Below, in pieces: positions 1 to 13,626 of a stretch of 64,000 bases of DNA. The stretch spans positions 132,813 through 196,812 of the forward strand of contig OZ243950.1 of the NCBI GenBank assembly GCA_965214545.1. Direction: 5' to 3'. How positions within the stretch are numbered: the first letter of the stretch is position 1; each line of letters opens with the position of its first letter. This DNA is from an uncultured candidatus Porisulfidus sp. (GTDB lineage Bacteria > Pseudomonadota > Gammaproteobacteria > Poriferisulfidales > Poriferisulfidaceae). The notes under the pieces were generated by a model. That model was not told the origin of the DNA. It saw only the letters and a list, made by a program, of their open reading frames with translations, and did no database searches. Made by a program: the position numbers and the translations under genes.

Positions 1-32
1 AGGCGGCCGGCGGAGAGATCCAGGAGTAAACC

Positions 33-1343
33 GTGGCGCCGCCCAAAGCTTCACCGTTCGCCGAGTTGCGCCAACGCCTGCTGTTCGTCGTGGGCGCGCT
101 GATCGTCTATCGCATTGGCACCTACATCCCGGTGCCGGGCGTGGACCCCAATGCGCTGGCCCGCTTCTTCGAACAGCAAAGCGGCACCATCATCGACCTG
201 TTCAACATGTTCTCGGGCGGTGCGCTGGAGCGCCTCAGCATCCTGGCGCTCGGCATCATGCCGTACATCTCGGCCGCGATCATCATGCAGTTGATGACGG
301 CCGTGATTCCAAGCCTCAAGGAATTGCGCAAGGAAGGGGAGCAGGGGCGGCGGCAGATCACCCAGTACACCCGCTACGGCACCCTGGCCCTGGCCACGTT
401 CCAGGCCGGCGGCGTGTCGGTGGCGCTGCAAAGCCAGGGCATCGCGCTCTACACCGGCGCCGGCTTCGCCGTCACCGCCATCATCACCCTGGTGACCGGG
501 ACCATGTTCCTGATGTGGCTGGGCGAGCAGATCACGGAACGCGGCATCGGCAACGGGATCTCCTTGATCATCTTCACCAGCATCGTCGCAGGCCTGCCGA
601 CTGCGGTCGGCGGCACCCTGGAACTGGCCAGCACCGGCGAACTGTCGTCCGCGCTGGTGGTGTTCCTGTTCGCCCTGGTCCTGGCCATTACCGCATTCGT
701 CGTGTTCGTCGAGCGGGGGCAGCGCCGGATCACAGTCAACTACGCCCGGCAGCAACAGGGCCGGCATGTCGCCATGCAGTCGACGCACCTGCCGTTCAAG
801 CTCAACATGGCCGGCGTCATCCCGCCGATTTTTGCCTCCAGCATCATCCTGTTCCCGGCCACCTTCGGGCAATGGGCCGGCTCGGCTGAGGGCATGGGCT
901 GGCTGCGCGACCTGTCGTCCACCCTGGGGCCGGGGCAGCCGCTGTATGTGCTGTTCTACGCGCTCGCCATTGCCTTCTTCTGTTTTTTCTATACCGCGTT
1001 GGTGTACGACTCCAAGGACACCGCGGACAACCTGAAACGCTCCGGCGCGTTCATCCCGGGCATCCGCCCGGGTGCGCAGACCGCCCGTTACATTGACACT
1101 GTGATGACCCGCCTGACCGCGGTCGGTGCCTTGTATATCGTGTTCGTGTGCCTGCTGCCCGAATTCCTGATCCTGGGCCTGAGCGTCCCGTTTTATTTCG
1201 GCGGGACTTCGCTGCTGATCATCGTGGTGGTGGTGATGGATTTCATTGCCCAGCTGCAGACACACCTGATGTCGCATCAGTACGAAGGGCTGCTGAAGAA
1301 AGCCGAGGCACGGGGCATGCGTTCCCGCAGCCTCCTGCGATGA
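33..1343 (+). CDS. secY: Preprotein translocase subunit SecY (complete, GTG start)
   Basis: 436-aa ORF. The N-terminal [14 protein letters not shown]...PGV and the internal [26 protein letters not shown] and [29 protein letters not shown] blocks align with E. coli SecY along the whole length. The preceding TAA at 27-29 follows a GGAG, consistent with the end of rplO. Confidence 0.95.
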   Translation: MAPPKASPFAELRQRLLFVVGALIVYRIGTYIPVPGVDPNALARFFEQQSGTIIDLFNMFSGGALERLSILALGIMPYISAAIIMQLMTAVIPSLKELRKEGEQGRRQITQYTRYGTLALATFQAGGVSVALQSQGIALYTGAGFAVTAIITLVTGTMFLMWLGEQITERGIGNGISLIIFTSIVAGLPTAVGGTLELASTGELSSALVVFLFALVLAITAFVVFVERGQRRITVNYARQQQGRHVAMQSTHLPFKLNMAGVIPPIFASSIILFPATFGQWAGSAEGMGWLRDLSSTLGPGQPLYVLFYALAIAFFCFFYTALVYDSKDTADNLKRSGAFIPGIRPGAQTARYIDTVMTRLTAVGALYIVFVCLLPEFLILGLSVPFYFGGTSLLIIVVVVMDFIAQLQTHLMSHQYEGLLKKAEARGMRSRSLLR

Positions 1344-1355
1344 GAGGAGAATCCC

Positions 1356-1469
1356 ATGAAAGTCCAGGCTTCCGTCAAACGAATCTGCCGTCACTGCAAG
1401 ATTGTGCGCCGCAACGGCGTGGTCCGCGTGATCTGCAAGATTCCCCGCCACAAGCAGCGTCAGGGCTGA
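1356..1469 (+). CDS. rpmJ: 50S ribosomal protein L36
   Basis: 37-aa [40 protein letters not shown] with the C-x2-C...C-x-H zinc ribbon typical of L36. Sits between secY and rpsM as in the canonical spc/alpha junction. Too short for the ORF track. Confidence 0.9.
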   Translation: MKVQASVKRICRHCKIVRRNGVVRVICKIPRHKQRQG

Positions 1470-1506
1470 TGCGGTAGAATACATCCCTTTACGCGCACGA
1501 AGAATC

Positions 1507-1863
1507 ATGGCACGAATTGCAGGCGTCAATCTCCCCGATCACAAGCACACGGTGATCGCGTTGCAGTCCATCTTTGGCGTGGGGCAAAACCGGGCGTCCG
1601 CGATCTGCGCGGCCTGTGCGGTGGATCCGGCGGAGAAGCTCGGCAGCCTCAGCGAGGCGGAGCTCGGCGTGTTGCGCGAGGCGGTGGGGAAGTACACCAT
1701 TGAGGGCGACCTGCGCCGCGAGACCGCCATGAGCATCAAGCGCCTGATGGACCTCGGCTGCTACCGGGGGGTGCGCCACCGGCGCAAACTGCCGCTGCGC
1801 GGCCAACGAACCCGAACCAACGCACGCACCCGCAAGGGCCCGCGTCGCCCCATCCGCAAGTAA
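1507..1863 (+). CDS. rpsM: 30S ribosomal protein S13
   Basis: 118 aa starting [26 protein letters not shown] with an Arg/Lys-rich C-terminus. Canonical position in the alpha operon. Confidence 0.95.
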   Translation: MARIAGVNLPDHKHTVIALQSIFGVGQNRASAICAACAVDPAEKLGSLSEAELGVLREAVGKYTIEGDLRRETAMSIKRLMDLGCYRGVRHRRKLPLRGQRTRTNARTRKGPRRPIRK

Positions 1864-1866
1864 ACT

Positions 1867-2274
1867 ATGGCCGCTCCCAAATCCAAAACCAAGACCGCGA
1901 CCCGGGCCCGGAAGAAAATCCGCCGGACCCTGACCGACGGGATCGCGCACATCCGCGCCTCGTTCAACAACACGATCGTGACCATCACCGACCTGCAGGG
2001 CAACACCCTATGCTGGGCGACATCCGGAGGCTCCGGCTTCAAGGGCTCCCGCAAAAGTACGCCGTTCGCCGCCCAGGTGGCCGCGTCGCGCGTCGGCAAG
2101 GAAGCCCAGGAATTCGGGATCCGCAACCTGGAAGTCCGGGTGCGCGGGCCGGGACCGGGCCGTGAGTCGGCCATGCGCGCCTTGAATGCAAGCGGTTTTC
2201 GGATCACCAACATCCGGGACATCACCCCGGTTCCGCACAACGGCTGCCGCCCGCCGAAGCGGCGCCGCGTCTGA
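1867..2274 (+). CDS. rpsK: 30S ribosomal protein S11
   Basis: 135 aa. The motif [16 protein letters not shown]...[18 protein letters not shown] is diagnostic for S11. Confidence 0.95.
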   Translation: MAAPKSKTKTATRARKKIRRTLTDGIAHIRASFNNTIVTITDLQGNTLCWATSGGSGFKGSRKSTPFAAQVAASRVGKEAQEFGIRNLEVRVRGPGPGRESAMRALNASGFRITNIRDITPVPHNGCRPPKRRRV

Positions 2275-2284
2275 GGGCAGGACC

Positions 2285-2914
2285 ATGGCACGCTATCTCG
2301 GACCCCGATGCAAGCTCATGCGGCGCGAGGGCACCAATCTGGAGCTCAAGTCGCCGGTGCGCGAACTGGACAAGAAATGCAAGCTCGACGTGCCGCCGGG
2401 CAGCAAGGGCGGGCGCGGCGGTCGCCGCGGGCGCATCTCCGACTACGGCTTGCAGTTGCGCGAGAAGCAGAAGCTGCGCCGCCTGTACGGGGTGCTGGAG
2501 CGGCAGTTCCGCAACTATTACAAGAAGGCGTCGCAGGCCAAGGGATCGACCGGCGACAACCTGATGCGCCTGCTGGAGTGCCGGCTGGACAACGTGGTGT
2601 ACCGGATGGGTTTCGGTACGACCCGGGCGGAATGCCGCCAGATCGTCTCGCACAAGGGCATCGTGGTGAACGGCACCGTGGTCAACATCCCGTCGTATTC
2701 GGTCGAAGCTGGCGACGTGGTCGCCGTGCGCGAGAAAATGCGGGAACAGGTGCGGATCAAAGATGCAATCGGAATCGCCAAGCAGCAAGGCCTGCCGGAC
2801 TGGGTGGAGGTCGACCTCGAGAAGCTCGAAGGGACCTTCAAGCAGCCTCCGACGCGTGACGAGGTTTACCGGGAAGTCAACGACTCTCTTGTCGTTGAGT
2901 TCTATTCGAAATAA
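2285..2914 (+). CDS. rpsD: 30S ribosomal protein S4
   Basis: The in-frame ATG at 2285 gives [23 protein letters not shown], the canonical S4 N-terminus, and a 209-aa product. The longer ORF from 2186 is an upstream extension overlapping rpsK. Confidence 0.93.
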   Translation: MARYLGPRCKLMRREGTNLELKSPVRELDKKCKLDVPPGSKGGRGGRRGRISDYGLQLREKQKLRRLYGVLERQFRNYYKKASQAKGSTGDNLMRLLECRLDNVVYRMGFGTTRAECRQIVSHKGIVVNGTVVNIPSYSVEAGDVVAVREKMREQVRIKDAIGIAKQQGLPDWVEVDLEKLEGTFKQPPTRDEVYREVNDSLVVEFYSK

Positions 2915-2932
2915 CCCTGAGAGGACTGGAGA

Positions 2933-3928
2933 ATGCTGAGCAGCGAACTGATGGTACCCCGCGTGGTGGAAGCCAAGTACACGGCCGGCCGCGAGGCGCG
3001 GGTGGTGTTGGAGCCGATGGAGCGGGGGTTCGGGCACACAATTGGAAACGCACTGCGCCGGATCCTGTTGTCGTCCATCCCGGGCTCGGCCATCACCGAG
3101 GTCGAGATCAAGGGCGTCAAACACGAGTACGACACGCTCGACGGGGTGCAGGAAGATGTCGTCGACATCCTGCTCAACCTCAAGGGTATCGCCATTCGCA
3201 TGCATGAACGGGTCAAAGCCGACTTGCAGCTGCAGAAGAGCGGCCCGGGGGTGGTGTGCGCGGGCGACATTGATCTGGGCCATGATGTGGAGGTGGCGAA
3301 CCCGGACCACGTGATCGCACACCTGACCGATACCGGCTCGCTGGATATGCGGCTGAAGATCGAGCGGGGTCGCGGCTACGTCCCGGTCCCGGCACGCCGG
3401 CGCGACGAACAGGAACATTCAATCGGCACCCTGCTGCTGGATGCGAGTTTCAGCCCGATCCGGCGGGTGGCCTATCACGTGGAGAACACTCGCGTGGAGC
3501 AACGCACCGATCTGGACAAGCTGGTGCTGAATTTGGAGACCAACGGCACCGTCGAGCCGGAAGAGATCATCCGCATGGCCGCGGTCATCCTGAGCGAACA
3601 GCTGTCGGTCCTGGTGGGCCTCGAAGGCGAGGTGATGCGCCCGGTCCCGACGCATACGACCGAGGTCGACCCGGTCTTCAAATTGCCCATCGACGAGTTG
3701 GAGCTGGGCGTTCGCTCGATCAACAGCCTCAAGCAGGAAAACATCTTCTTCGTGGGCGACCTGGTGCAGAAGGACGAGGAAGAGCTGATGAAGCAGACGC
3801 CGAACATCGGGGTGAAGACGGTCACGGAAATCAAGCAGGCGCTGGCAGAACGCGAACTGACCTTGGCCATGACGATCGAGAACTGGCCTCCTGCCGACCT
3901 GGTGCGCGGACGCACACCGCTGTTCTGA
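2933..3928 (+). CDS. rpoA: DNA-directed RNA polymerase subunit alpha
   Basis: 331 aa. The N-terminal domain motif [29 protein letters not shown] and the C-terminal domain motif [22 protein letters not shown] are both present. Confidence 0.96.
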   Translation: MLSSELMVPRVVEAKYTAGREARVVLEPMERGFGHTIGNALRRILLSSIPGSAITEVEIKGVKHEYDTLDGVQEDVVDILLNLKGIAIRMHERVKADLQLQKSGPGVVCAGDIDLGHDVEVANPDHVIAHLTDTGSLDMRLKIERGRGYVPVPARRRDEQEHSIGTLLLDASFSPIRRVAYHVENTRVEQRTDLDKLVLNLETNGTVEPEEIIRMAAVILSEQLSVLVGLEGEVMRPVPTHTTEVDPVFKLPIDELELGVRSINSLKQENIFFVGDLVQKDEEELMKQTPNIGVKTVTEIKQALAERELTLAMTIENWPPADLVRGRTPLF

Positions 3929-3938
3929 GGGATTTGCC

Positions 3939-4361
3939 ATGCGCCACCGCAAGGCCGGCCGCCGCCTGAACCGCACCTCGGCACACCGCCGCGCCATGTT
4001 TCGCAACATGGCCGTGTCGTTGCTGCAGCATGAGGGGATTCACACCACCTTGCCGAAGGCCAAGGAATTGCGCCGGGTCGTCGAGCCGCTGATCACGCTG
4101 GCCGGGGAAGACACGCTGGCGCATCGCCGCCGCGCATTCGACAAGTTGCGTGACCGGCAGATCGTCGGCAAGTTGTTCACCGAACTGGGTCCGAAATACA
4201 AGGACCGTCCCGGAGGCTATCTCCGGGTTCTCAAGAACGGCTACCGCCCCGGGGACAAGGCGCCGATGGCGTATGTTGAACTGGTTGACCGGGCGGCCGG
4301 CACGGATTCGGAAATGGAGCCCCCGGCACTCGAAGCCTCCGAAATCGCCAAGGCGACATAA
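3939..4361 (+). CDS. rplQ: 50S ribosomal protein L17
   Basis: 140 aa starting [25 protein letters not shown]. It is the last gene of the alpha operon. Confidence 0.95.
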   Translation: MRHRKAGRRLNRTSAHRRAMFRNMAVSLLQHEGIHTTLPKAKELRRVVEPLITLAGEDTLAHRRRAFDKLRDRQIVGKLFTELGPKYKDRPGGYLRVLKNGYRPGDKAPMAYVELVDRAAGTDSEMEPPALEASEIAKAT

Positions 4362-4456
4362 AGGTAAGCCTGTTTCAGTATCGCCGGGCACGCCGGTGAA
4401 ATCCCGACCGGCAACTTAATCCGGCCTGGACTTTCAGATTTGAACCTTCAGTGACC

Positions 4457-7264
<2,808 letters not shown>

Positions 7265-7435
7265 ATCGGGGCTTCCTTAGGGTCAGCCTCTTACTATACG
7301 ACAGAATTGAAGTGCAAGCCTGATGCCCGGGCGGGCAAATATTTGCGCTCGGCAACCCCTACCATGCCGACGCGGAAAATCTTTCTGACACGATGCGGGG
7401 AATCCTCCAGGTTCCGGAAGCAGAGGCCTATGCCA

Positions 7436-8683
7436 TCATCGTTCCCACAGCTCCGTGAACGGGACGGCAAGCATGCGCTTGTCTTTCATCGGAAGAATGT
7501 CTTGCCCGTTGTAGAGCACGATCCCTTGCTCGAAATCCTTCCCGCATTGATTGGCAAGCCTCGTCAGGCCTCGCCCATCATCGGAGGACAGCGAAGCCGC
7601 TGCCTTGACTTCGATTCCCCAAGTTCTGCGTCCCTGTGTCATCACCACGTCGACCTCGATCTGTTCGTTTTCGCGGTAATGCCAGAAACGCAATTCCGGA
7701 TCCGACCAGGCGGCTTGGGCGAGGAGTTGCTGGAGTACAAAAGATTCCAAGAGGTGGCCCATGTCGCCCCGGTTGTTGATCCAGTCCTCGGCTTTCAGGC
7801 CCGCCAAGGTCGCGGCAAGCCCGCTGTCCAGCAGGTGAATCTTCGGGGACTTGATGAGTCTCTTGCCCGTATTGCGGTGCCAGGCCGGCAAGCGCCGTGC
7901 CAGGAAAATTCTCTCAAGGACTGCGACATAGTGTTCAATAGTCTCTTTGCGTAAGCCGATCTCCCTAGCCAGGTTGGCAACATTGAAGACCTGCGCGTTG
8001 CGCAAGGCAAACAGTTCCAGTAGCCGGGCCAACTTATGCGCCTTCCTGATCTGCGCCACCTCCCTGACGTCCCGCTCGATGATATTACGCAAATACTGGC
8101 GATGCCATTTCCGGGCGAACCCAGGCTTCCGGGCTAGGGCGTCAGGGTACCCGCCCGCCACCATCCGCTTCGCCACAGCCAGACCGGAAGATTCGCTCCG
8201 AGGCCGGAGGCGGGGCGTCAGGGCACCGTCCATGAAGTCGCGCAGGAAGCGGCCAGCTTTGTGCTCTTTTTCTGCTTCCGTCAGTGGTTGCAGCTGTACG
8301 ATTTCCATTCGTCCCGCGAGCGATTCGGAGACTTTTGGAATCAGCAGCGGATTGGCTGATCCGGTCAGCAGGAAACGCCCCGGTCGCCGGTCTCTGTCTA
8401 CGCTCAATTTAATGGCAGAAAGCAGTTCCGGTGTCCGTTGCACTTCGTCGAGGGTGACGGGGTCTGGCAGGAATTCCATAAAACCTTCAATATCCGACAC
8501 GGCGGAGTTGTAGTGTTTCACGTCATCTAGGCTGAAAAAGGCACGGCTTGGGGCGAGTTCTTGGACAAGCGTGGTTTTTCCGCTCTGCCGGGGCCCTACG
8601 ATGTATACGACGGGCATATCCAAAAGCGACTCGCGAATGATCGGAGCAATCAGCCGTGGGTATCGAGTTGTGGCGGAAATCAT
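7436..8683 (-). CDS. AAA+ superfamily ATPase of the DUF4143/COG1373 type
   Basis: 415 aa with a Walker A motif (VGPRQSGKTT) near the N-terminus and a C-terminal region typical of the COG1373 'predicted ATPase (AAA+)' family. The gene is about 57% GC against about 65% in its neighbours. It sits between uvrA and the MFS gene; the Pseudomonas uvrA-MFS-ssb arrangement has no such gene. Confidence 0.6.
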   Translation of the reverse strand: MISATTRYPRLIAPIIRESLLDMPVVYIVGPRQSGKTTLVQELAPSRAFFSLDDVKHYNSAVSDIEGFMEFLPDPVTLDEVQRTPELLSAIKLSVDRDRRPGRFLLTGSANPLLIPKVSESLAGRMEIVQLQPLTEAEKEHKAGRFLRDFMDGALTPRLRPRSESSGLAVAKRMVAGGYPDALARKPGFARKWHRQYLRNIIERDVREVAQIRKAHKLARLLELFALRNAQVFNVANLAREIGLRKETIEHYVAVLERIFLARRLPAWHRNTGKRLIKSPKIHLLDSGLAATLAGLKAEDWINNRGDMGHLLESFVLQQLLAQAAWSDPELRFWHYRENEQIEVDVVMTQGRRTWGIEVKAAASLSSDDGRGLTRLANQCGKDFEQGIVLYNGQDILPMKDKRMLAVPFTELWER

Positions 8684-8689
8684 GGTTAA

Positions 8690-8850
8690 ACCAAGGCGAG
8701 CATATTGACTATTATTATATATGCATATATACTATTGGATACCTTGCATATCTGCTATTAGTGATTTAAATATCATTTATATACAAATATTTATATAAAT
8801 TTATAAATCTCGCATTAACGCCTCAAAATAACCGGAATTTTTTCCATCTA
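8690..8850. other. Extremely AT-rich intergenic tract (roughly 20% GC) in a roughly 65% GC genome
   Basis: Seen directly: the tract is runs of TATATA, ATTTATATA and AAATATTTATATAAATTTATAAAT, immediately upstream (minus strand) of the DUF4143 ATPase. It resembles a curved, promoter-like or xenogeneic DNA segment. Confidence 0.7.
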
Positions 8851-8865
8851 CCTAATCCCTCAGTT

Positions 8866-8905
8866 CCGAGTGATCCTGGTGTATTCCGCCGCGCGGATCA
8901 CTCGG
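8866..8905. promoter_or_regulatory. Perfect 11-bp inverted repeat (CCGAGTGATCC-N18-GGATCACTCGG) in the MFS/ATPase divergent leader
   Basis: Seen directly: 8866-8876 is the exact reverse complement of 8895-8905. It could be an RNA hairpin in the leader of the MFS gene or a protein operator. Confidence 0.4.
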
Positions 8906-9051
8906 CTTGAGTGGGTCTCGGTGCCGATTCGCGACCCCAGCATCCGCATCGGCCGGAAAGCCCGGCGTAGCAATTGGTAAAATTACGCAACAGCCATGCC
9001 CCTGCCGCATCAGGCCCGTTGTGCTGCACGAATTTTGATGGCTGATCTTCC

Positions 9052-10233
9052 ATGACCGACTCTTCACTCAACGCGCTGGAACGCAGGGCGGTGGGAACCC
9101 TAGGCGGGGTTTATGCCCTGCGTATGCTGGGCCTGTTCATCATTCTCCCGGTGTTCGCCATCTATGCGGAGACGCTGCATAATTCGACCCCGCTGCTCGC
9201 GGGCATTGCGGTGGGCATCTACGGATTGACGCAGGCGATCCTGCAGGTGCCGATGGGGTGGCTATCGGACCGCTTCGGCCGTCGTGGCGTCGTGCTGTTG
9301 GGGTTGGCGGTGTTCATGGCGGGGAGCTGGGTGGCGGCGGATGCCACCAGTATCGAGCAGATGATTCTCGGACGCGCCTTGCAGGGGGCTGGGGCGATTT
9401 CCGCAGCCTTGACGGCATGGGTGGCCGACTTGAGCCGGGAGCAGGTGCGGGCCCGGATGATGGGGATGGTCGGGATGCTGATCGGGACGACCTTCATTGT
9501 CTCCCTGATTGCCGGACCTCTGCTGGCCGGGAAAATCGGGGTCGACGGCATTTTCGCCCTGGTGGCGGGCCTGGCCGCCTTGGCCATGGTGCTGGTGCTG
9601 GTGTTGATCCCGGGCGGGCGGGCGCCCTCTCAATCAGCGGCAGGCACGTGGGGCGACCTGAGACAAGTCTTGCAGGATCCCAGGCTATTGCGGTTGAGTC
9701 TGGGCGCGGCCGTGATCCACATGCTGCTGACGGCGAACTTCATGTCGCTGCCCTTGGCAATGCGGGACATGGCGGGCCTCCCGGTCGAAGAGCACAGCCT
9801 GTTTTACTTGGTGGTCCTGGCCGGGTCTGCACTGTTTCTGTTCCCGGCTCTGCGTCTGGCGCAGTCTCGCGTCACCGGCTGGATGCGAGGGTTTGCACTG
9901 ACACTAGTGGGCTGCGAACTCCTGTTGATCTTCGTGCGTCATGACATCTTCTTGTTGGGCGGGGTGCTGCTGCTGTTCTTCATCGCATTCAATTTCCTGG
10001 AAGCCCAGCTGCCGACCCAGGTCTCTCGCCTGTGCCCGGCGGATCTAAAGGGCATGGCACTGGGGGTTTTCTCCACCGCCCAGTTCGGAGGAGCCTTCCT
10101 GGGAGGACTTTTGGCGGGAGTGTTTCTGCAGGCGCAGCACGCGGAAATCCTATGCCTGGCCCTGGCCGGCATCGCCGCATTTTGGGCTCTGCTGCTGAAT
10201 GGGCTAGAATTGTCTGGAGAACGGCGCATATAA
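9052..10233 (+). CDS. MFS transporter
   Basis: 393 aa with about 12 predicted TM helices. The MFS signature GWLSDRFGRRGVVLLG follows TM2. Its position between uvrA and ssb matches Pseudomonas synteny (uvrA-MFS-ssb). Confidence 0.85.
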   Translation: MTDSSLNALERRAVGTLGGVYALRMLGLFIILPVFAIYAETLHNSTPLLAGIAVGIYGLTQAILQVPMGWLSDRFGRRGVVLLGLAVFMAGSWVAADATSIEQMILGRALQGAGAISAALTAWVADLSREQVRARMMGMVGMLIGTTFIVSLIAGPLLAGKIGVDGIFALVAGLAALAMVLVLVLIPGGRAPSQSAAGTWGDLRQVLQDPRLLRLSLGAAVIHMLLTANFMSLPLAMRDMAGLPVEEHSLFYLVVLAGSALFLFPALRLAQSRVTGWMRGFALTLVGCELLLIFVRHDIFLLGGVLLLFFIAFNFLEAQLPTQVSRLCPADLKGMALGVFSTAQFGGAFLGGLLAGVFLQAQHAEILCLALAGIAAFWALLLNGLELSGERRI

Positions 10234-10350
10234 AGCCACCGCAAGTCTATAATTATTCTGATTATAAGCGGTAGTGCGTTGAATTGTAATAAAAAAATGC
10301 TTATGTATAAACGCAGGGAAGCGAAAGCATGAAAGTCTGGAGGAAGAATA

Positions 10351-10854
<504 letters not shown>

Positions 10855-10897
10855 ACTCCCGCGCGGGCATTCCAGGCCGCGTCGGCGGTAAGGAGTC

Positions 10898-12235
10898 ATG
10901 TCCGGAAAGGTCTACATCGAGACCCACGGGTGTCAGATGAACGAGTACGATTCCGCGCGGATGCGGGACGTGCTGCAGGACCGGTTGGGTATGGTACCGA
11001 CTTCGGATGAAGCCGAGGCGGACCTGTTCCTACTCAATACCTGCTCGGTGCGCGAGAAGGCCCAGGAGAAAGTATTCAGTCGCCTGGGCCGGCTCGCCCG
11101 CCACAAGGAATCCCGACCCGGCGTCCTGATTGGCGTCGGCGGTTGCGTGGCCAGCCAGGAAGGGGAGGCCTTGCGCGAGCGGGCCCCACAGGTCGATCTC
11201 GTGTTCGGGCCGCAGACCCTGCATCGCCTACCGGACCTGATCCTGCAGGCGCGCCAGGGCGGCGACGGGGCGGTGGATGTCAGTTTCCCGGAAATCGAGA
11301 AATTCGATTGTCTTCCCGAGCCCTCGGTGCAGGGCGCGTCGGCGTTCGTGTCGATTATGGAAGGGTGCAGCAAGTACTGCTCGTTCTGCGTGGTGCCCTA
11401 CACCCGCGGGGAAGAAATCAGCCGGCCCCTCGACGGCATCATTCGGGAAGGGGTGGGCCTGGCCGAGCGGGGCGTGCGCGAGGTCACGCTGCTCGGGCAG
11501 AACGTCAACGCCTGGCGAGGCCAGTTGCACGATGGGCAACCCGCCGACTTCGCCCTGCTGCTGCGCTATGTGGCCGCGATTGACGGCATTGAGCGGGTTC
11601 GCTACACCACGTCCCATCCGCGAGAATTTACTGATTCGCTGATTCAGGTCCATGCGGAAGTCGAGGAGTTGGCGGCACATGTGCACCTTCCGGTTCAAAG
11701 CGGATCGGATCGGGTGCTGGCCGCGATGAAGCGGGGCTATACGGCACTGGAGTACAAGTCCATCATCCGGAAACTGAAGGCTGCGCGCCCCGGGATTTCC
11801 GTCTCTTCGGACTTCATTGTCGGCTTCCCCGGGGAGACCGAGGAAGACTTCGACCGGACCTGCCGCCTGGCAGAAGAGGTGGGGTTTGACCAGAGTTTCA
11901 GCTTCCTCTACAGCCCGCGCCCGGGCACGCCGGCTGCGGAACTGGATGACGCCACGCCGTTGGCAGTCAGAAAGGCCCGCCTGTCGCGGCTGCAGGAGCA
12001 ACTGGAGGCGCAGGGGGCCGGGATTGCGAAGACCCGCCTCAACACTCTCCAGCAGGTTCTGGTGGAAGGTCCTTCGCGCCGGGACCCGGCAGAACTGGCG
12101 GGACGAGCCTCGGACAATCGCGTGATTAACTTCAGCGGCCCGGAAGACCTGATCGGGACTTTTCAGTCGGTGCGCGTGACCGAGACGCGGGCTCATTCAT
12201 TGCGGGGAGACTGGGCGCCCGCCCCACCGAATTGA
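10898..12235 (+). CDS. miaB: tRNA-i6A37 methylthiotransferase MiaB
   Basis: 445 aa starting [19 protein letters not shown] (N-terminal Cys cluster). The radical-SAM motif [15 protein letters not shown] and a TRAM domain are present. Confidence 0.93.
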   Translation: MSGKVYIETHGCQMNEYDSARMRDVLQDRLGMVPTSDEAEADLFLLNTCSVREKAQEKVFSRLGRLARHKESRPGVLIGVGGCVASQEGEALRERAPQVDLVFGPQTLHRLPDLILQARQGGDGAVDVSFPEIEKFDCLPEPSVQGASAFVSIMEGCSKYCSFCVVPYTRGEEISRPLDGIIREGVGLAERGVREVTLLGQNVNAWRGQLHDGQPADFALLLRYVAAIDGIERVRYTTSHPREFTDSLIQVHAEVEELAAHVHLPVQSGSDRVLAAMKRGYTALEYKSIIRKLKAARPGISVSSDFIVGFPGETEEDFDRTCRLAEEVGFDQSFSFLYSPRPGTPAAELDDATPLAVRKARLSRLQEQLEAQGAGIAKTRLNTLQQVLVEGPSRRDPAELAGRASDNRVINFSGPEDLIGTFQSVRVTETRAHSLRGDWAPAPPN

Positions 12236-13179
12236 GCACTCAGGCCAGCACCCTGAAGCTGCTTTTGCAGCCTGCGGACAACCCCCGCTTGGCCAGCCTG
12301 TGCGGCCCGCTCAACGCGCACCTGCACCAGTTGGAGGCACGGTTCGGCATCGAGGTCCGGCACCGGGGGCACGAATTTCAGCTGCTCGGTGACGCCGTCT
12401 CGGTCGCGGCGGCGGCCGAGGCTTTGCAGGGCCTGTACCACCAGACGGAACATGCGGAACTCTCGGAAGACAGCGTCAACCGGTTTCTGCTGACTTCCGG
12501 GCACGAGGAGAAGATGTCCGGGCCGCGGGAGGACCTGGTGCTCCGCCACTCCCGCCTTCGGGCTTACGGAGAGAACCAGGAACGTTACCTGGCGGCCTTG
12601 CAGGATCATGACCTAGTCTTCGGCGTGGGGCCGGCGGGTACGGGCAAGACCCACCTGGCCATCGCCCAGGCCGTCTATGCGCTGGAGCAGGACCTGGTGC
12701 AGAAGATCGTGCTGGTCCGCCCGGTGCTGGAAAGTGGCGAGCGGCTGGGATTTCTCCCGGGCGACCTGACCCAGAAAATTGATCCTTATCTGCGCCCGAT
12801 GTACGACGCGCTGGACGAGTTAATGGGGCACGACCGGGCCACGCGACAGATGGAAAACAACATCATCGAGATCGCGCCCCTGGCGTACATGCGCGGGCGG
12901 ACGCTGAAAGACGCATTCGTGATCCTGGATGAGGCGCAGAATGCTTCACGCGGGCAGATGAAGATGTTCCTGACGCGGCTCGGATTCGGTTCGCGCACCG
13001 TGGTGACGGGCGACCTGACCCAGACCGACCTGCCGCCCGGTGACTGTTCCGGCCTGGAGGAGGCCCTGGGTCTCCTCGGGGGAATGCCGGGCATCGCGTG
13101 CGTGCATTTCACGGAGCATGATGTCGTGCGGCACCCGTTGGTGCGGCAAGTCATCAAGGCCTACGCCCGGAAGAATTAG
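12232..13179 (+). CDS. ybeZ: PhoH-like ATPase (YbeZ)
   Basis: 315 aa with Walker [12 protein letters not shown]. Conserved miaB-ybeZ-ybeY-corC-lnt gene order. Confidence 0.9.
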   Translation: MSTQASTLKLLLQPADNPRLASLCGPLNAHLHQLEARFGIEVRHRGHEFQLLGDAVSVAAAAEALQGLYHQTEHAELSEDSVNRFLLTSGHEEKMSGPREDLVLRHSRLRAYGENQERYLAALQDHDLVFGVGPAGTGKTHLAIAQAVYALEQDLVQKIVLVRPVLESGERLGFLPGDLTQKIDPYLRPMYDALDELMGHDRATRQMENNIIEIAPLAYMRGRTLKDAFVILDEAQNASRGQMKMFLTRLGFGSRTVVTGDLTQTDLPPGDCSGLEEALGLLGGMPGIACVHFTEHDVVRHPLVRQVIKAYARKN

Positions 13180-13626
13180 ATGGGCATCCAGGTGGAAGTC
13201 CAGTACGCCTTTTCTGCCTCCGGGGTGCCCCCGGAAGAGCGATTCCTGGGCTGGGCCGAGGCGATCAAGCATCCGGCGGAGGTGTCTGCCTGCATCCGGG
13301 TCGTCGGCGACACGGAAATGACAGAACTCAACGAGCGCTATCGCGGCAAGCGAGGTCCCACCAATGTCTTGGCTTTCGAGGCGGACCAGGCAGAACGCGA
13401 CCAGGGCTGCCTGGGGGATGTCGTGGTCTGTGCGCCGGAAGTGTTTCGGGAAGCGCGCGAATATGGACACGCACCCGAGGCCCGGTTTGCGCACATGACG
13501 ATCCATGGGTTGCTGCATCTCTTGGGGTACGATCACGGCGACACCGGAGCGGCCGCCCGCATGGAAGGGCGGGAACGCGACGCAATGAAACGGCTGGGCT
13601 ACCCGGACCCTTACACGCGCTCATGA
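13180..13626 (+). CDS. ybeY: rRNA maturation endoribonuclease YbeY
   Basis: 148 aa with the H-x-x-x-H...H zinc motif in HGLLHLLGYDH. Its start abuts the phoH stop. Confidence 0.92.
   Translation: MGIQVEVQYAFSASGVPPEERFLGWAEAIKHPAEVSACIRVVGDTEMTELNERYRGKRGPTNVLAFEADQAERDQGCLGDVVVCAPEVFREAREYGHAPEARFAHMTIHGLLHLLGYDHGDTGAAARMEGRERDAMKRLGYPDPYTRS

Noticed and set aside
51-1529. 492-aa minus-strand ORF spanning the whole secY gene
   Set aside because: It lies antisense to an unambiguous, fully conserved secY. It is Arg/Ala/Gly/Pro-rich and low-complexity, typical of spurious open frames in high-GC DNA, and has no family resemblance.
7265-7330. Searched for a LexA/SOS box upstream of uvrA
   Set aside because: Only a weak TTAG...TACTATACGACAG stretch is present. 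There is no CTGT-N8-ACAG or clear alternative-class palindrome, so no regulatory site is called.
8852-9067. 71-aa minus-strand ORF in the MFS leader
   Set aside because: It lies in the GC-rich leader antisense to the MFS start region. It has no start context or family resemblance, and the 11-bp inverted repeat is a better explanation of the conserved-looking sequence.
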